Assembly: GCA_965249555.1 (NCBI GenBank) | Contig: OZ252243.1 | Coordinates: 1,920,001 to 1,984,000 of the forward strand | Length of the DNA: 64,000 nucleotides | DNA from: Nitrosopumilus sp. | GTDB lineage: Archaea > Thermoproteota > Nitrososphaeria > Nitrososphaerales > Nitrosopumilaceae | Reading direction: 5' to 3' | Shown here: in pieces, positions 30,540 through 42,567 of the stretch | How the letters are laid out: every line of letters begins with the position of its first letter | Position numbering within the stretch: the first letter of the stretch is position 1 | Translations under genes and position numbers: made by a program | Notes under the pieces: model-generated | Database searches by the model: none | What the model saw: only the letters and a program-made list of their open reading frames with translations | What the model was told of the DNA's origin: nothing

Positions 30540-32400
30540 ATGACGAAGAAAATTAATAAAGAATCTGTAAACATAATAGATGAGAAAATATCTATTTTAA
30601 AGAAAAACTTTCCTGAATGCTTTATCGGGGGGGGGGGGGTTAAATTTTGATAGACTTAGAAACTCTTTAGGGGATCTGGTGGATACGGGGGATGAAAAAT
30701 ACACATTTTCTTGGGCTGGTAGGAAAGACACATTCGAAAATATTCAGACAACTAGCAAGGGAACACTTATTCCAGATAAATCTGAATCTGTAAACTTTGA
30801 TGATACGGAAAATCTTTTCATTGAGGGTGATAATTTGGAAGTCTTAAAATTATTGCATAAATCATTATTTCAAAAAGTTAAAATTATTTACATTGATCCC
30901 CCATACAATATAGGTAGTGATTTCATCTACAAAGACGATTTCAAAAAAGGTGTAAATAATTATCTGGAGCAGACAAATCAATCAAAAGACGGAATAACAT
31001 TAACCACAAATCCAGAAACATCTGGACGATTTCATTCTGATTGGATATCATTTATGTATGCAAGATTGTTTGTGGCTAAAAATTTACTTTCTGATGATGG
31101 TGTGATCTTTGTATCTATTGGTGACAATGAAGTTCATAATTTGAAATTTATAATGAATGATATATTCGGAGAAGAAAACTTGATATCAGAAGTTATTTGG
31201 CATAGCAAGTACACTACGTCAAATGATAAAAAACTCATATCTACACAGCATGAATATGTCATGATTTATGCAAAAAATATTCATAGAGCAAATTTCAACC
31301 TATTGCCACGTACAGAAAAAGCTGACAAGGATTACAAAAATCCAGACAACGATCCTCGTGGAAAATGGAAGCCCACACCAATACATGCAAAGAGTGGTAA
31401 AAATAATATAAAATATAATTTTACTAACATACGCAAGTTTGACGGCAAAAAAATACCCTCTTTTGTTTGGTCTGCACCAAAAGGAAGATATCCAAGATAT
31501 AGCAAAGAAACACTGGGAAGACTTGAGGCAGACAATAGAATAAGCTGTGGTATAAATGGAACAGGTGTGCCTAATTCCAAAACTTTTCTCAATGAAGTCC
31601 AACAAGGAATGGTATCAGGGTCTTTATGGAAATATGAGGATGTGGGACATACCCATGGAGCAAATGAGGAATTATCCGATTTGATAGGTAAGGGTGTTTT
31701 TGATAATCCAAAACCTGTGAAATTAATTAAAAGAATATTACAGTTATCAACAAATTCAAAAGGTAATGATATTGTATTGGATTTTTTTGCTGGCTCTGGA
31801 ACCACCGCACACTCTGTATTGGGATTAAACAAAGAAGATGGTGGAAATAGAAAATTTATTTGTGTTCAAATACCAGAAACAATAGAGGATGAACTAGAAA
31901 ACAAACCCACAATAGATTTCTTAAAAGAATTAAAAAAACCCATGAATATTTCCGAAATATGCAAGGAAAGAATAAGACGTGTTATCAAGAATCTAGATTC
32001 AAATCAGGGATTCAAGGTATTCAAACTTGCAAAATCAAACTATAACATCTGGGAGAATTATGATGGAAAAGACCAAAAAAAATTAAAAGAACAGATGAAA
32101 ATATTTGCGACCCCATTAATTGAAAAATACAAGGATATTGATGTAATTTATGAATGCATAATAAAAGAAGGGTATAATCTGAACAGTAAATTGGAAAAAT
32201 TAACTATCAAACCAAACACCATATACAAGATATCAAATGATGATAAAATATTCTATCTGACATTGGATAAAATAATAAAACTTGATAGTGTGGAAGAATT
32301 GGAACTTGGTAAAAACCAAACTTTGTTTTGTTTAGATTCATCACTGGATGACAGTATGAAGATGAATTTATCAAAACAATGTACACTGAAAACAATATAG
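30540..32400 (+). CDS. mod: Type III R-M methyltransferase Mod, frameshifted at a G13 tract
   Basis: NLFIEGDNLEVL, IYIDPPYN, VLDFFAGSGTT; the N-terminus from ATG 30540 (KISILKKNFPECF) joins the main ORF only if the G tract loses one G. Confidence 0.9.
30627..30639. repeat. Poly-G homopolymer (G13)
   Basis: TTTATC-G13-TTAAAT in strongly AT-rich context. Confidence 0.95.
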
Positions 32401-32401
32401 A

Positions 32402-34984
32402 GTGAATATTATGGAGATAGAATTTTTATCAAATCTTGACTTTCAATTAAATGCCATAAAGTCAACCGTATCCATTTTTGAATCTCAGAAATTTAAAAGG
32501 GACACTTCTCTCCTGATGGGGGAAATAATTTCAAATAATCTGAATCTAACAACACCACAAATACTAGATAATATAAAAAAAATCCAAGAAAGAAATAATA
32601 TTGATCTAGTTAAAGAATTAAAAGGAATGAATTTTTCAATAGAGATGGAAACTGGGACAGGCAAAACATATGTTTATCTTAAAACAGTATTTGAATTGTA
32701 TCAAAATTACGGGTTCAAAAAGTTTCTAGTAATTGTACCCTCTGTTGCAATACGAGAGGGGGTGATCAAAACTCTACAAATGACACAAAAACACTTTAGA
32801 GATATTTATGATAAAATCCCTTATGATTATTACGAATATGATTCAAAGAAAATCAATCAAATCAGGCAATTTGTAAGATCTAATGATATTCAAATTATGA
32901 TCATGACGATTGACTCTTTTAATAAAGATAATAACATAATGAATCAAGCACAGGACAAACTAAATGGTGAAAAACCAATACACGTGATAAGCAAAACAAA
33001 CCCAATAATGATATTGGACGAGCCACAAAACATGGAAAGCGACAAAACCAAAGATGCGATATCTAACATGAAACCGTTATTCACATTAAGGTATTCTGCA
33101 ACTCATAAAGATGTTTACAATCTTGTATACCGTCTCAGCCCAGTTAATGCGTATAACATGAATCTTGTGAAAAAGATCGAAGTTATGTCAGTAATTAAAA
33201 ACAACAAATTTAACCACTTACTTATCAAATGTGAAAAAATTATAGCTGAAAAGAAAGGAATCAGGGCAAAACTATCGCTTAATAAAAAAACTGAAACGAA
33301 TTACAAAGAAAAATTATTTGTGATTAAAATTGAAGACGATTTGGAACAAAAAACCAACAATCCTGAATATAGTGGATTCATAGTATCTGAAATTGATGCA
33401 AAACGTAATTTTATCAGATTTACAAATGGAATCAAAATAAAGCTTGGTGAGGGGGAGGGCACAGACAGAGAAGAAATAATGAAAAACCAAATTAGGCAGA
33501 CAGTAGAAGAGCACTTTGAAAAGGCCGTGAGATTGAAGAAAAAGGGAATAAAGCCACTATCATTGTTTTTTATAGATAAGGTGGACAACTATGTCCCAAA
33601 AGATGGGTTCATAAAAAAAACATTTGAGAATTCATTTGATAAATTAAAAAAGAATTATCCACAATTTAAAAATTTGAAGGCAAAGGATGTTCACAAGGGA
33701 TATTTTTCTAAACGAAAATCAGATAGTGGAATGGAGAATGATAAAGAGGTATTTAATTTAATAATGAAGGATAAAGAAAAATTAATCTCTTTTGAGGAGC
33801 CAGTTCAGTTTATCTTTTCACACTCAGCACTAAGAGAAGGGTGGGATAATCCAAACGTGTTTAACATCTGTACACTAAATCAGACGAAATCTGTAATCAA
33901 AAAAAGACAGGAAATAGGGAGGGGGATGAGACTGCCAATAAACCAAGAGGGGGTAAGAGTCCATGGAGACCAGAATATTTTGTCTGTAATCGCAAATGAA
34001 CACTATGCAAATTATGCGAAAACACTTCAATTGGAATATGAGGAAGAATATGGGTATGGAAATTCCCCTGGAATTCTTGATAGTTCAGAAAGAAAAACAC
34101 TGAAATTAAAAAAGGGTTTTGAGTTAAATCCTGAATTTCAGAAACTTTGGAAAAAAGTATCAAAAAAGACAAAATATGCGGTATCTATTGACACTAAACA
34201 TCTGATAAAGTCATGTGTGGAAAGGATAGACTCGTCTGTTACCGTGTCCCCAATCAATATCGATATTATAACTGCAACGCTGTCGGTAGTAGGAGATGAT
34301 TCAGAGGTAAAAGTGGACACGGATATTGTTGGAATGGGTGGTGATAAGTTTGAAACACAGTTTTCAATTCCCAATATTATTGAACATTTAGCCAACGATA
34401 CAAAATTAACACGTAATACCATATTATACATATTAACAAAAACCAGTAAACTTAATCAGATTTTTTTGAATCCACAATTTTTCATATCCAGAATATCAGA
34501 TATTATAAAAGATGAATTGAAAAATTTTCTGGTAAATGGTGTAAAGTATCAAGAAATAGAAGAATGGTATAAGATGGAATTGTTTGAAGATATTATAACC
34601 CATAAAGAGGTTGTTTCTGTAAAACACTCCATATATGAGAAACTGATTCGTGAATCTGATGTTGAGGAAGGGTTTGCCGTAAGCCTCGACAAACAACCCA
34701 ATGTCAGATTATTTACAAAATTACCAGATTGGTTCAAAGTGCAAACTCCAATTGGTGGTTATAATCCTGACTGGGCTATTATGTTAAATGATATGGATGA
34801 ACATAAGAGATTACGTGAAAAACTATACCTTGTGTCTGAAACAAAGGGAGCCATTAGCCCCAGAAGCCGTTCAATTGATGAGAATGACAAGATCAGGTGT
34901 GCCAGGAAGCATTTTGCGGAAATTGACACAAAGTATGATGTAGTAACAAGCATCGATGACTTTCTAAAAAACCTCAAAAATTAA
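32402..34984 (+). CDS. res: Type III restriction endonuclease Res
   Basis: METGTGKT, DEPQ, RYSATH, LREGWDNPNVF, QEIGRGMR, C-terminal YNPDWA...ETK nuclease. Confidence 0.95.
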   Translation: MNIMEIEFLSNLDFQLNAIKSTVSIFESQKFKRDTSLLMGEIISNNLNLTTPQILDNIKKIQERNNIDLVKELKGMNFSIEMETGTGKTYVYLKTVFELYQNYGFKKFLVIVPSVAIREGVIKTLQMTQKHFRDIYDKIPYDYYEYDSKKINQIRQFVRSNDIQIMIMTIDSFNKDNNIMNQAQDKLNGEKPIHVISKTNPIMILDEPQNMESDKTKDAISNMKPLFTLRYSATHKDVYNLVYRLSPVNAYNMNLVKKIEVMSVIKNNKFNHLLIKCEKIIAEKKGIRAKLSLNKKTETNYKEKLFVIKIEDDLEQKTNNPEYSGFIVSEIDAKRNFIRFTNGIKIKLGEGEGTDREEIMKNQIRQTVEEHFEKAVRLKKKGIKPLSLFFIDKVDNYVPKDGFIKKTFENSFDKLKKNYPQFKNLKAKDVHKGYFSKRKSDSGMENDKEVFNLIMKDKEKLISFEEPVQFIFSHSALREGWDNPNVFNICTLNQTKSVIKKRQEIGRGMRLPINQEGVRVHGDQNILSVIANEHYANYAKTLQLEYEEEYGYGNSPGILDSSERKTLKLKKGFELNPEFQKLWKKVSKKTKYAVSIDTKHLIKSCVERIDSSVTVSPINIDIITATLSVVGDDSEVKVDTDIVGMGGDKFETQFSIPNIIEHLANDTKLTRNTILYILTKTSKLNQIFLNPQFFISRISDIIKDELKNFLVNGVKYQEIEEWYKMELFEDIITHKEVVSVKHSIYEKLIRESDVEEGFAVSLDKQPNVRLFTKLPDWFKVQTPIGGYNPDWAIMLNDMDEHKRLREKLYLVSETKGAISPRSRSIDENDKIRCARKHFAEIDTKYDVVTSIDDFLKNLKN

Positions 34985-35759
34985 ATCTGATGTTAAATAA
35001 ATAATTTATTCTGCTTCCTAAGATGGTATAATTTCTTTAAAAAATATTTCATAAATTCATATTACATTCATTGGTAAGTGATATACAAAACAACAACTTA
35101 ACAGTAAAAACCTCTAATTAGGTCAGTCCTGTTGAATCCTCTCTACTCAATCCTGAGAAGATCATGATTTCATGTCTACCCTATAACCCAACAGTGCCCA
35201 CATGGCAAAATACCTTTAAAACCGACAGGTATTAATTCCATCCCTCGAATGGAACACCCACTGATTCCATCCCTCGAATGGAACATTTTGTTGAAATCAT
35301 GGAAATTTGGGAAATCACTCGAAGATGGAACAGTGTAAAGATCCTCACCTAACACCCACAGATGCAACAGAACCAATAAGGAAATAGATATAATTAACTT
35401 GGAAGGGGTTGATTCGAATAGTGAAGTCAAATTGTTCTGAAACTGTTTCAATTTCTTGGCATGGATAAAAATATCCAATTGTCTTCAATAGTCTTTTTTA
35501 CAAATCCCCATGCTTGGTCATGACAGGTTTTTATGATGGTATTATGTAATTAAATTAATGGATGAACCAAAATTGAAGACAAGCACATTTGGAGATAATT
35601 TTGTTGTTACTGAAAATGAATCCATTGCAATTTTAAAAAAAATAACCAGTAAATATAGTTAATTTTTGTATCACTGTTGTAGAAATAATGGCTTTTCAGA
35701 TATAGTTGTGATAAAAACAATGCAAAAAACTAAATCTGCAACATTTTGAACTAAAAGAA

Positions 35760-36629
35760 ATGAAATTAGCAGTATTTTCTCATTGTGCAATTGATACTAT
35801 TACCATTGATAATTATAATTATGAACAAATTGGTGGTTCTGCCTGTTATTGTGGAATTACTGCAAGACAGTTCAAATTTGATGTAGATTTGTTCACTAAA
35901 TTTGGACCTGATTTTCCAAAACAATATCTTACTGAAAACAAAATCAATTTCATAAATTCTGAATCAGAAAAAAACACTACCAAATTTGCTATTTCTATTA
36001 ACGGCTCAGATAGAACTCTTAAACTTGAAAATGAATGTGATGCAATTGATTACTCTAGTGTTAATGCTGATGGACATATAGTTAGTCCTATTTATCACGA
36101 AATTTCTTATGATACTTTAAAACAAATCAAAAATGATTCTAATTTCCTCTTTCTTGATCCTCATGGTTTTATGAGGAAAAAAGATTCTCAAAATAATATT
36201 GTTTTAGAAAATATCAATCTTGATTTATCAAATGTTAATGCAATAAAGGTTAATCCTGAAGAAGCTCAACATATTGTTAATGGCACCAATGATGAAATCA
36301 TGTTGGCATTACAGAAAAAAGGAGTTGAATACGTATTGCTTACAAATAAAACTGACGTGTCTCTTTTGGTAAAAGATAAAATCTATTCCATTACTCTTCC
36401 AAATAAACAAATTCATGATACCACTGGAATTGGTGATATTTTTTGCTCAGCATTTTGTTGTACTATGCTTAAAGAAAAGGACTTTTTATGGGCATTATGC
36501 TTTGCTGGCGGTGCTGCTCAAGCTGCACTTGAATCAAAGAATGTAGGCTTGCAAAAGATTCCAAGAAAGGGAACCATTCAGACAAATGCCTCTTATTTTT
36601 ACAATTTGTTAAAATTCAGAGATTTGTAG
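35760..36629 (+). CDS. PfkB-family carbohydrate kinase
   Basis: GGSACY; DTTGIGDIF. Confidence 0.88.
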   Translation: MKLAVFSHCAIDTITIDNYNYEQIGGSACYCGITARQFKFDVDLFTKFGPDFPKQYLTENKINFINSESEKNTTKFAISINGSDRTLKLENECDAIDYSSVNADGHIVSPIYHEISYDTLKQIKNDSNFLFLDPHGFMRKKDSQNNIVLENINLDLSNVNAIKVNPEEAQHIVNGTNDEIMLALQKKGVEYVLLTNKTDVSLLVKDKIYSITLPNKQIHDTTGIGDIFCSAFCCTMLKEKDFLWALCFAGGAAQAALESKNVGLQKIPRKGTIQTNASYFYNLLKFRDL

Positions 36630-36669
36630 TGCGTTATTTTTTTATTATACTAAATAGTTTATCATTTCT

Positions 36670-37668
36670 GTGCAAATAGGAATTTATGGTTCTGAAACTA
36701 CAGATACTGCAGCAAAGACAATTAAAAAAATTCTAGAGGAATCTGGAATCAAATCTTTCCAAATAACAAAATCAAAGGGTAAACAAGCTGATTGCGTTAT
36801 TGTTTTGGGAGGAGATAAGGGAGTTAGAAATTATTTTCATAGAACTTTTGATACTGTTTCTCCTGTGTTGGGAATTAGTGAAGGTGAGGCAAGTGGGTTT
36901 CTGGCTCAAATTGATCTTAGGGAATTCTCATCTTATGTCAATGTCTTAAAAAAACAGAAATACACTATTGAAGAAGTTCCACGACTTGGTGTTAAAATTG
37001 ACGGAAAAAATGTATATCCTGTTCTTAATGATGTTGCAGTATTTTCTTCAAAGAGTGCCATACTGATGGAACATACACTGCGAGTAAATGGAGAAGAAGT
37101 TTGGCACGATAACAGTGATGGAATAATTATCTCTACTCCAATTGGTTCATCTGCATATTCAATGTCTGCAGGTGGACCTGTTTTGTTTCAAGATTCGGCA
37201 GTATTTGAGATAATTTCTGTAAACTCTCTTGATGTGACTCGTAGGCCAATTATTGTATCAAATGAAAGCTCAATTGAGATTGATGATATCTATGCAAGAC
37301 TTCATTGCGAAGTTGTTCTTGATGGTTTGGAGCGCTACAAGGTAAACAAGACTGTTGAATGCACAAAATTCCTTCCTTCTGCAAAAATCATTAGACTCAA
37401 AAAGGATTTCACTGCAATTTCGGCTCTTGCCAAAAAAGTTCATCTTGCTGAAGAGTTACTTAGCATGCCTCCAAGCTCTAAACTGCTTCTAAAGACATTA
37501 GAGTATGAAGGAGCATTGACTCAAAAAGATCTTGCAAACAAAACTTTACTTCCTGCCAGAACTGTTAGATTGGCGCTAAGCCATCTTTTGAAAAAAGGCT
37601 ATGTCAAAAAGAAAGTCTCCATTAGAGATGCTAGACAAAAAATCTATGAAATATCAAAGATAAAATAA
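36670..37668 (+). CDS. NAD kinase with C-terminal winged HTH
   Basis: GGD, LND, DGIIISTPIGSSAYSMSAGGP; LTQKDLANKTLLPARTVR HTH. Confidence 0.9.
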   Translation: MQIGIYGSETTDTAAKTIKKILEESGIKSFQITKSKGKQADCVIVLGGDKGVRNYFHRTFDTVSPVLGISEGEASGFLAQIDLREFSSYVNVLKKQKYTIEEVPRLGVKIDGKNVYPVLNDVAVFSSKSAILMEHTLRVNGEEVWHDNSDGIIISTPIGSSAYSMSAGGPVLFQDSAVFEIISVNSLDVTRRPIIVSNESSIEIDDIYARLHCEVVLDGLERYKVNKTVECTKFLPSAKIIRLKKDFTAISALAKKVHLAEELLSMPPSSKLLLKTLEYEGALTQKDLANKTLLPARTVRLALSHLLKKGYVKKKVSIRDARQKIYEISKIK

Positions 37669-37918
37669 TTTTTTTTTAAGAACTCTCTTTAGTAATTTTA
37701 TCTATGTGCGATGTATCGTTTCTTGTTGCTTCATTAATCCTTTTTTGATTTTTTTTAAAACAATCCTCAGAGCAAAAATCTTTAATTCCTATCTTATATT
37801 CATTATTACACTCATTACACTTTGCCAATTTTTCTTCTCGTTGGTGCCGGATTGAATTTTAGTCTTATTTAGTTAATTACTCAAAGTCCCATTTTTGGGA
37901 GTTTTGTTATGGATGTGA

Positions 37919-39520
37919 TTATTTTTCTGAGGCTGCTTTGATAAATGCAGTAAAAGATTCCTCAGGAAATCCTGGCCTGCTGTTAAATTCTGGGTGGAAT
38001 TGAACTCCTAGATAGAATTTATGTGATGGAATTTCAAGCATTTCCATTCTTTTTCCTCCATCACTTTCAGCTGAAAATATTAATCCATTTTTTTCAAATT
38101 CAGGAATATACTCTTTATTGATTTCATATCTGTGTCTGTGACGTTTACTGATGGTTATTGTGTTGTAGATTTTTTGTGCATTTGTGTTCCCTTTAATTGT
38201 TATATCGTTTGCACCTAATCTAAGCGAACCACCCATGTCTGAAATATTTTTTTGTTCTGGAAGTAAATCCACAACAGGATTTTTTGCATCAGCTTTAATC
38301 TCAGACGAATTTGCATCTTCTAGATTTAAGACGTTTCGTCCAAATGCAATTGCTGCTAGCTGGAATCCAAAACATATTCCAAGATATGGTATATTTTTCT
38401 CACGTGCATAATTTGCAGTTTGAATTATTCCTTCAGAGCCTCTGGTGCCGAATCCCCCTGGAACTAAAATTCCATCATAGTTTGATAGTGTGTTGTAATC
38501 TGTTATTGATTCAGAATCCATCCAGTCAATATCTATTGATTTTCCTATTTGTGCACCTGCATGTTTTAATGCATGATTTACACTCACATAGCTGTCAGCA
38601 AGTGTCACATATTTTCCAACCATTACAATCTTTACTTTTTGGTCTTCATGATTGATCATGTTATTGGCAATCTCATTCCATTTATCCCAATTTGCTGAAG
38701 TGTTTACCATTCCAACCTTTCCAAACTTTGTAAATATTGAATCCATAATTCCTTGGTCATAGAGCATCTGTGGTACTTCGAAGATTGACTTTGCATCATG
38801 ACACGATAAAACATCTCTTGTCGTTACATTTGTAAACATACCAATCTTCTTCTTTGTTTTTTCTTCTAATGGTAATGTGCATCTAACTGCTAAAAAGTCT
38901 GGTTGAATTCCTATTCTTCTTAGTTCTTGGACGCTATGTTGTGTTGGTTTGGTTTTTTGCTCTCCTACTACATCAAGTGATGGTGCCAATGTTACATGTA
39001 CAAAAATTACTCCTTGCGGTCCCTCTTCTATTCTCATTTGTCTGAGTGCCTCTAAAAATGGTAATGATTCAATATCTCCAACTGTTCCTCCACATTCTAC
39101 TATCAAAAAATCTAGTTGCTCATCTTCTGTAATCTTTCTAATTCTTTTTTTGATTTCATCAGTTATGTGTGGAATTATCTGAACACATGCTCCTAGATAG
39201 TTCCCTTTCCTTTCTGCTTCAATTACTGAAGAATATACTTGTGCAGTTGTAATATTGTGGCTTTTTGGAATATCTTGGTTTAGGAATCTTTCATAGTTTC
39301 CAATATCCATGTCACATTCACCTCCATCCTCTGTTACGAAGACTTCGCCATGTGCAACTGGATTCATTGTTCCTGCATCATAGTTTAGATACGGATCTAT
39401 CTTAACGCAGGAGACTTTTTGATCAGCTAATTGTAATAATTTTGCAATCGAGGAAGTTGTTACACCTTTTCCAAGGCCAGACATCACACCACCTGTGACA
39501 AAAATAAACTTCGTCTGCAC
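37919..39520 (-). CDS. pyrG: CTP synthase
   Basis: [31 protein letters not shown]. Confidence 0.98.
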   Translation of the reverse strand: MQTKFIFVTGGVMSGLGKGVTTSSIAKLLQLADQKVSCVKIDPYLNYDAGTMNPVAHGEVFVTEDGGECDMDIGNYERFLNQDIPKSHNITTAQVYSSVIEAERKGNYLGACVQIIPHITDEIKKRIRKITEDEQLDFLIVECGGTVGDIESLPFLEALRQMRIEEGPQGVIFVHVTLAPSLDVVGEQKTKPTQHSVQELRRIGIQPDFLAVRCTLPLEEKTKKKIGMFTNVTTRDVLSCHDAKSIFEVPQMLYDQGIMDSIFTKFGKVGMVNTSANWDKWNEIANNMINHEDQKVKIVMVGKYVTLADSYVSVNHALKHAGAQIGKSIDIDWMDSESITDYNTLSNYDGILVPGGFGTRGSEGIIQTANYAREKNIPYLGICFGFQLAAIAFGRNVLNLEDANSSEIKADAKNPVVDLLPEQKNISDMGGSLRLGANDITIKGNTNAQKIYNTITISKRHRHRYEINKEYIPEFEKNGLIFSAESDGGKRMEMLEIPSHKFYLGVQFHPEFNSRPGFPEESFTAFIKAASEK

Positions 39521-39726
39521 ATTAATGAAACAAGTATCTGTCTTTTGTATGTTTTGCCTATTTTTGCTTGAAATTGAGTGTATGGTTTCTTACTCTTAAT
39601 GCTCTAAATCTTCAATATTTGAGATAATCGCGATCTTTACGATTGTAAAAAAAATTGCCTGTTTTTTTAACAAGTTTTAGATATTTCTGGAGCTATTTTT
39701 TTATCTTTCCTTGTATATTGTATAAT

Positions 39727-39808
39727 GAGAACCTCTAGAATGGTGGTCATCACTAAGACTCCCCTCCATGGCAGTTTGTATACTTGACCCCACTCTCTAC
39801 CGGCTCTT
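39727..39808. ncRNA. Candidate structured RNA between trpA and pyrG
   Basis: GC-richer extended hairpin: GAGAACC/GGCTCTT, TAGA/TCTA, TGG/CCA, GGTCA/TGACC. Confidence 0.45.
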
Positions 39809-39816
39809 AATTTATC

Positions 39817-40617
39817 TTAAAGAATTGTTTGTTTTTTTAGACTTTTTGTAAATGATGCAATCTCTGATTCTAGTTTATTTTGTGGAGTTTTTTCAATTAA
39901 TTTCAAGTATGCACTGCCAACAATCACTGCATCTGCTCCTACCTTGATGTATTTTTTTACATCCCCTGGAGTTGAAATTCCAAATCCTACACCAACAGGA
40001 GTTCTCCCCTTGGTTTGTTTTTTAATATCTTTGACTGCTTTTATTGTGTAATTTTTAACTCCTGTTTTAACCCCTGTTGTACCATAAACTGCAACAAGAT
40101 ACAAGAATCCAGTTGATATTTTGGCAATCTTTTGTATTCTTGTCTTGTTAGTGTTTGGAGATACTAGAAATATTGTATCTGCATTATTTTTAGCAGCTTT
40201 AAGATATTCTTTTGATTCCTCAATTGACATATCTGGAAGAATGAATCCATCAATTCCAGCTTTTTTTGCCTCTGAGATAAATTTTGCATACCCCTTGTGA
40301 TACAAGATGTTGGTGTATGTCATCAATACTAGTGGGATGTCTGTTTCTTTTCTGATTTTTTTTACAATATTGAAAAATTTGTTAATTTTAGTACCTTTTT
40401 TGAGTGATGCTGTACTTGCATTCTGAATTACTGGTCCATCAGCTATGGGATCTGAAAATGGAAAACCTAGTTCTATGATATCTGCTCCCCCCTTTACTAG
40501 CCCTCTTACAATTGAAATGGTTGCTTTTTCATTTGGAAATCCTACCATGATGTATGATATCAGAGCCTTTTGATTTTTAGTCTCAAGTTCTATGAATTTT
40601 TCTTTAATCCTTGACAT
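39817..40617 (-). CDS. trpA: Tryptophan synthase alpha
   Basis: [18 protein letters not shown]; VGFGIS. Confidence 0.97.
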   Translation of the reverse strand: MSRIKEKFIELETKNQKALISYIMVGFPNEKATISIVRGLVKGGADIIELGFPFSDPIADGPVIQNASTASLKKGTKINKFFNIVKKIRKETDIPLVLMTYTNILYHKGYAKFISEAKKAGIDGFILPDMSIEESKEYLKAAKNNADTIFLVSPNTNKTRIQKIAKISTGFLYLVAVYGTTGVKTGVKNYTIKAVKDIKKQTKGRTPVGVGFGISTPGDVKKYIKVGADAVIVGSAYLKLIEKTPQNKLESEIASFTKSLKKQTIL

Positions 40618-41791
40618 TTCTCTTCAAATAATTTTGTACTTCTTCAACGTCTTTGTCCCCTCTTCCAGAAAGTGTTACAACTATTGATTCTGATTTCTTT
40701 CCTTTTCGTGCTACTTTGATTGCCTCAGATATTGCATGAGCTGATTCAAGTGCTGGAATAATTCCTTCTGTTCTAGTTAGCATTAAGAATGCATCAATTA
40801 CTTCTGCATCAGTAGCTGAATGATACTTTATTCGTTTTGTGTCTTTATAGTATGAATGCTCTGGCCCAACACCTGGATAGTCTAATCCTGCTGAAATACT
40901 GTGCGTTTCTGTAATTTGTCCCTCATTATCTTGAAGTAAATATGTCATCATGCCATGTAAAACACCTTTAGTTCCAGCTGACAATGTTGCTGAATGCAAT
41001 TTTGATTTTAATCCTTGACCTGCAGCCTCTACTCCAATTATTTCAGCATTGGAATCAACGAGTGGATAAAATGTTCCAATTGCATTTGATCCTCCACCAA
41101 CACATGCTATTACACTATCTGGAGTTTTGTTAATTTTTTTCATCTGTGATTTAATCTCATTTCCAATGACACTTTGAAAATCTCTAACCATTACAGGATA
41201 TGGATGTGGACCAACTGCTGATCCTAATAGATAGTATGTTGTTTCTACATTAGTTATCCAATCACGAATTGCTTCATTAATCGCATCTTTTAGTGTCTTT
41301 GAACCTGAATTTACTGGATAAACTTTGCAACCAAGTAAATCCATTCGAAATACATTTAGCTTTTGACGAATTGTATCCTTGTATCCCATGTATACTTCAG
41401 CCTTCATTCCTAAGGCAGCACATGCCATTGCAGTAGCAACACCGTGTTGTCCCGCACCTGTTTCTGCAATGATTCTTTTCTTTTTCATCTTCTTTGCAAG
41501 TAGGACTTGACCTAGTGTATTGTTGATTTTGTGTGCTCCTCCATGAAGTAAATCTTCTCGTTTGAGATAGATTTTAGCACCGCCTAGTTTTTCTGACAAA
41601 TTTTTTGCATAGTATAATGGAGTTGGGCGTCCTGCATACACTTTGAGATAATAATCTAGTTCTTTTTTGAAATTTTTGTCCTCTTTGAATTTAAGATAAT
41701 TCTCTTCTAATTCTTCAATTGCGGGAACTAGTGTTTCTGGAATGTACTTTCCACCAAATTCTCCGAATCTACCATTCTTAGGATATCTCAA
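40604..41791 (-). CDS. trpB: Tryptophan synthase beta
   Basis: [16 protein letters not shown]; GGGSNA. Confidence 0.98.
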   Translation of the reverse strand: MRYPKNGRFGEFGGKYIPETLVPAIEELEENYLKFKEDKNFKKELDYYLKVYAGRPTPLYYAKNLSEKLGGAKIYLKREDLLHGGAHKINNTLGQVLLAKKMKKKRIIAETGAGQHGVATAMACAALGMKAEVYMGYKDTIRQKLNVFRMDLLGCKVYPVNSGSKTLKDAINEAIRDWITNVETTYYLLGSAVGPHPYPVMVRDFQSVIGNEIKSQMKKINKTPDSVIACVGGGSNAIGTFYPLVDSNAEIIGVEAAGQGLKSKLHSATLSAGTKGVLHGMMTYLLQDNEGQITETHSISAGLDYPGVGPEHSYYKDTKRIKYHSATDAEVIDAFLMLTRTEGIIPALESAHAISEAIKVARKGKKSESIVVTLSGRGDKDVEEVQNYLKRNVKD

Positions 41792-42567
41792 TATGCCCTC
41801 GCCAATTTTCTAACTTGTCCTTCGATATTATCGCTTTTCATAATACTTGAGCCTATTAGAAAAGCATCTGCTCCAGACTTTTTTAAATATTGAATATCCT
41901 CAACAGTCCCAATCCCACTCTCTGATAGAACTGGTCTTGACTTTTCGTATCCTTCAAGAACTGTCTCAGTAGTTTTTAGATCAATTTCTAATGTGTCTAA
42001 ATTTCTGTTGTTAATTCCAATAAGATCAGATTTTGTTTTCAATGCATTTTCAAATTCCTGTTTTGTATGAACTTCAAGGAGAATTTTCAATTCTTTTTTG
42101 TGAGCATACTCAATAAACTCATCAATCTCCTTGAGAAATCCTTGATCAAATAATGATTGAATCAATAAAATGTAATCTGCACCAATTTTTTTTGCAGCAT
42201 CTATTTGGATATTTTCTATCATGATGTCTTTCATCAATAATGGAACATCTACTGCTTCTCTAACTTTTATGAAATATTCTGGTGAACCATGAAATAGATT
42301 GGGTTGAGTAAGGACTGATAATGCTTTTGAGCCTCCTGCAATCATCTGTCTTGCTATACTTGCAGGGTCTGTTAGGGTTCTGATTTTCCCAAGAGATGGT
42401 GATGCAAATTTTATCTCAGTTAAAAGTGTCGGATGAGGATTTGTCTTGATAATGTGAATAAGGTCTTTCCTTGATTTTTCCAGATTTACATCTATATCGT
42501 ATGTTCCATCATCAATTGCTGTTTGTGAATTAGTTACCAATCTTTTTAAAATATTCTCAGCCATCAT
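41788..42567 (-). CDS. trpC: Indole-3-glycerol phosphate synthase
   Basis: [25 protein letters not shown]. Confidence 0.96.
   Translation of the reverse strand: MMAENILKRLVTNSQTAIDDGTYDIDVNLEKSRKDLIHIIKTNPHPTLLTEIKFASPSLGKIRTLTDPASIARQMIAGGSKALSVLTQPNLFHGSPEYFIKVREAVDVPLLMKDIMIENIQIDAAKKIGADYILLIQSLFDQGFLKEIDEFIEYAHKKELKILLEVHTKQEFENALKTKSDLIGINNRNLDTLEIDLKTTETVLEGYEKSRPVLSESGIGTVEDIQYLKKSGADAFLIGSSIMKSDNIEGQVRKLARAY

Noticed and set aside
35235-35285. 22-bp direct repeat ATTCCATCCCTCGAATGGAACA, period 29
   Set aside because: Two copies only within decayed sequence; best explained as a local duplication
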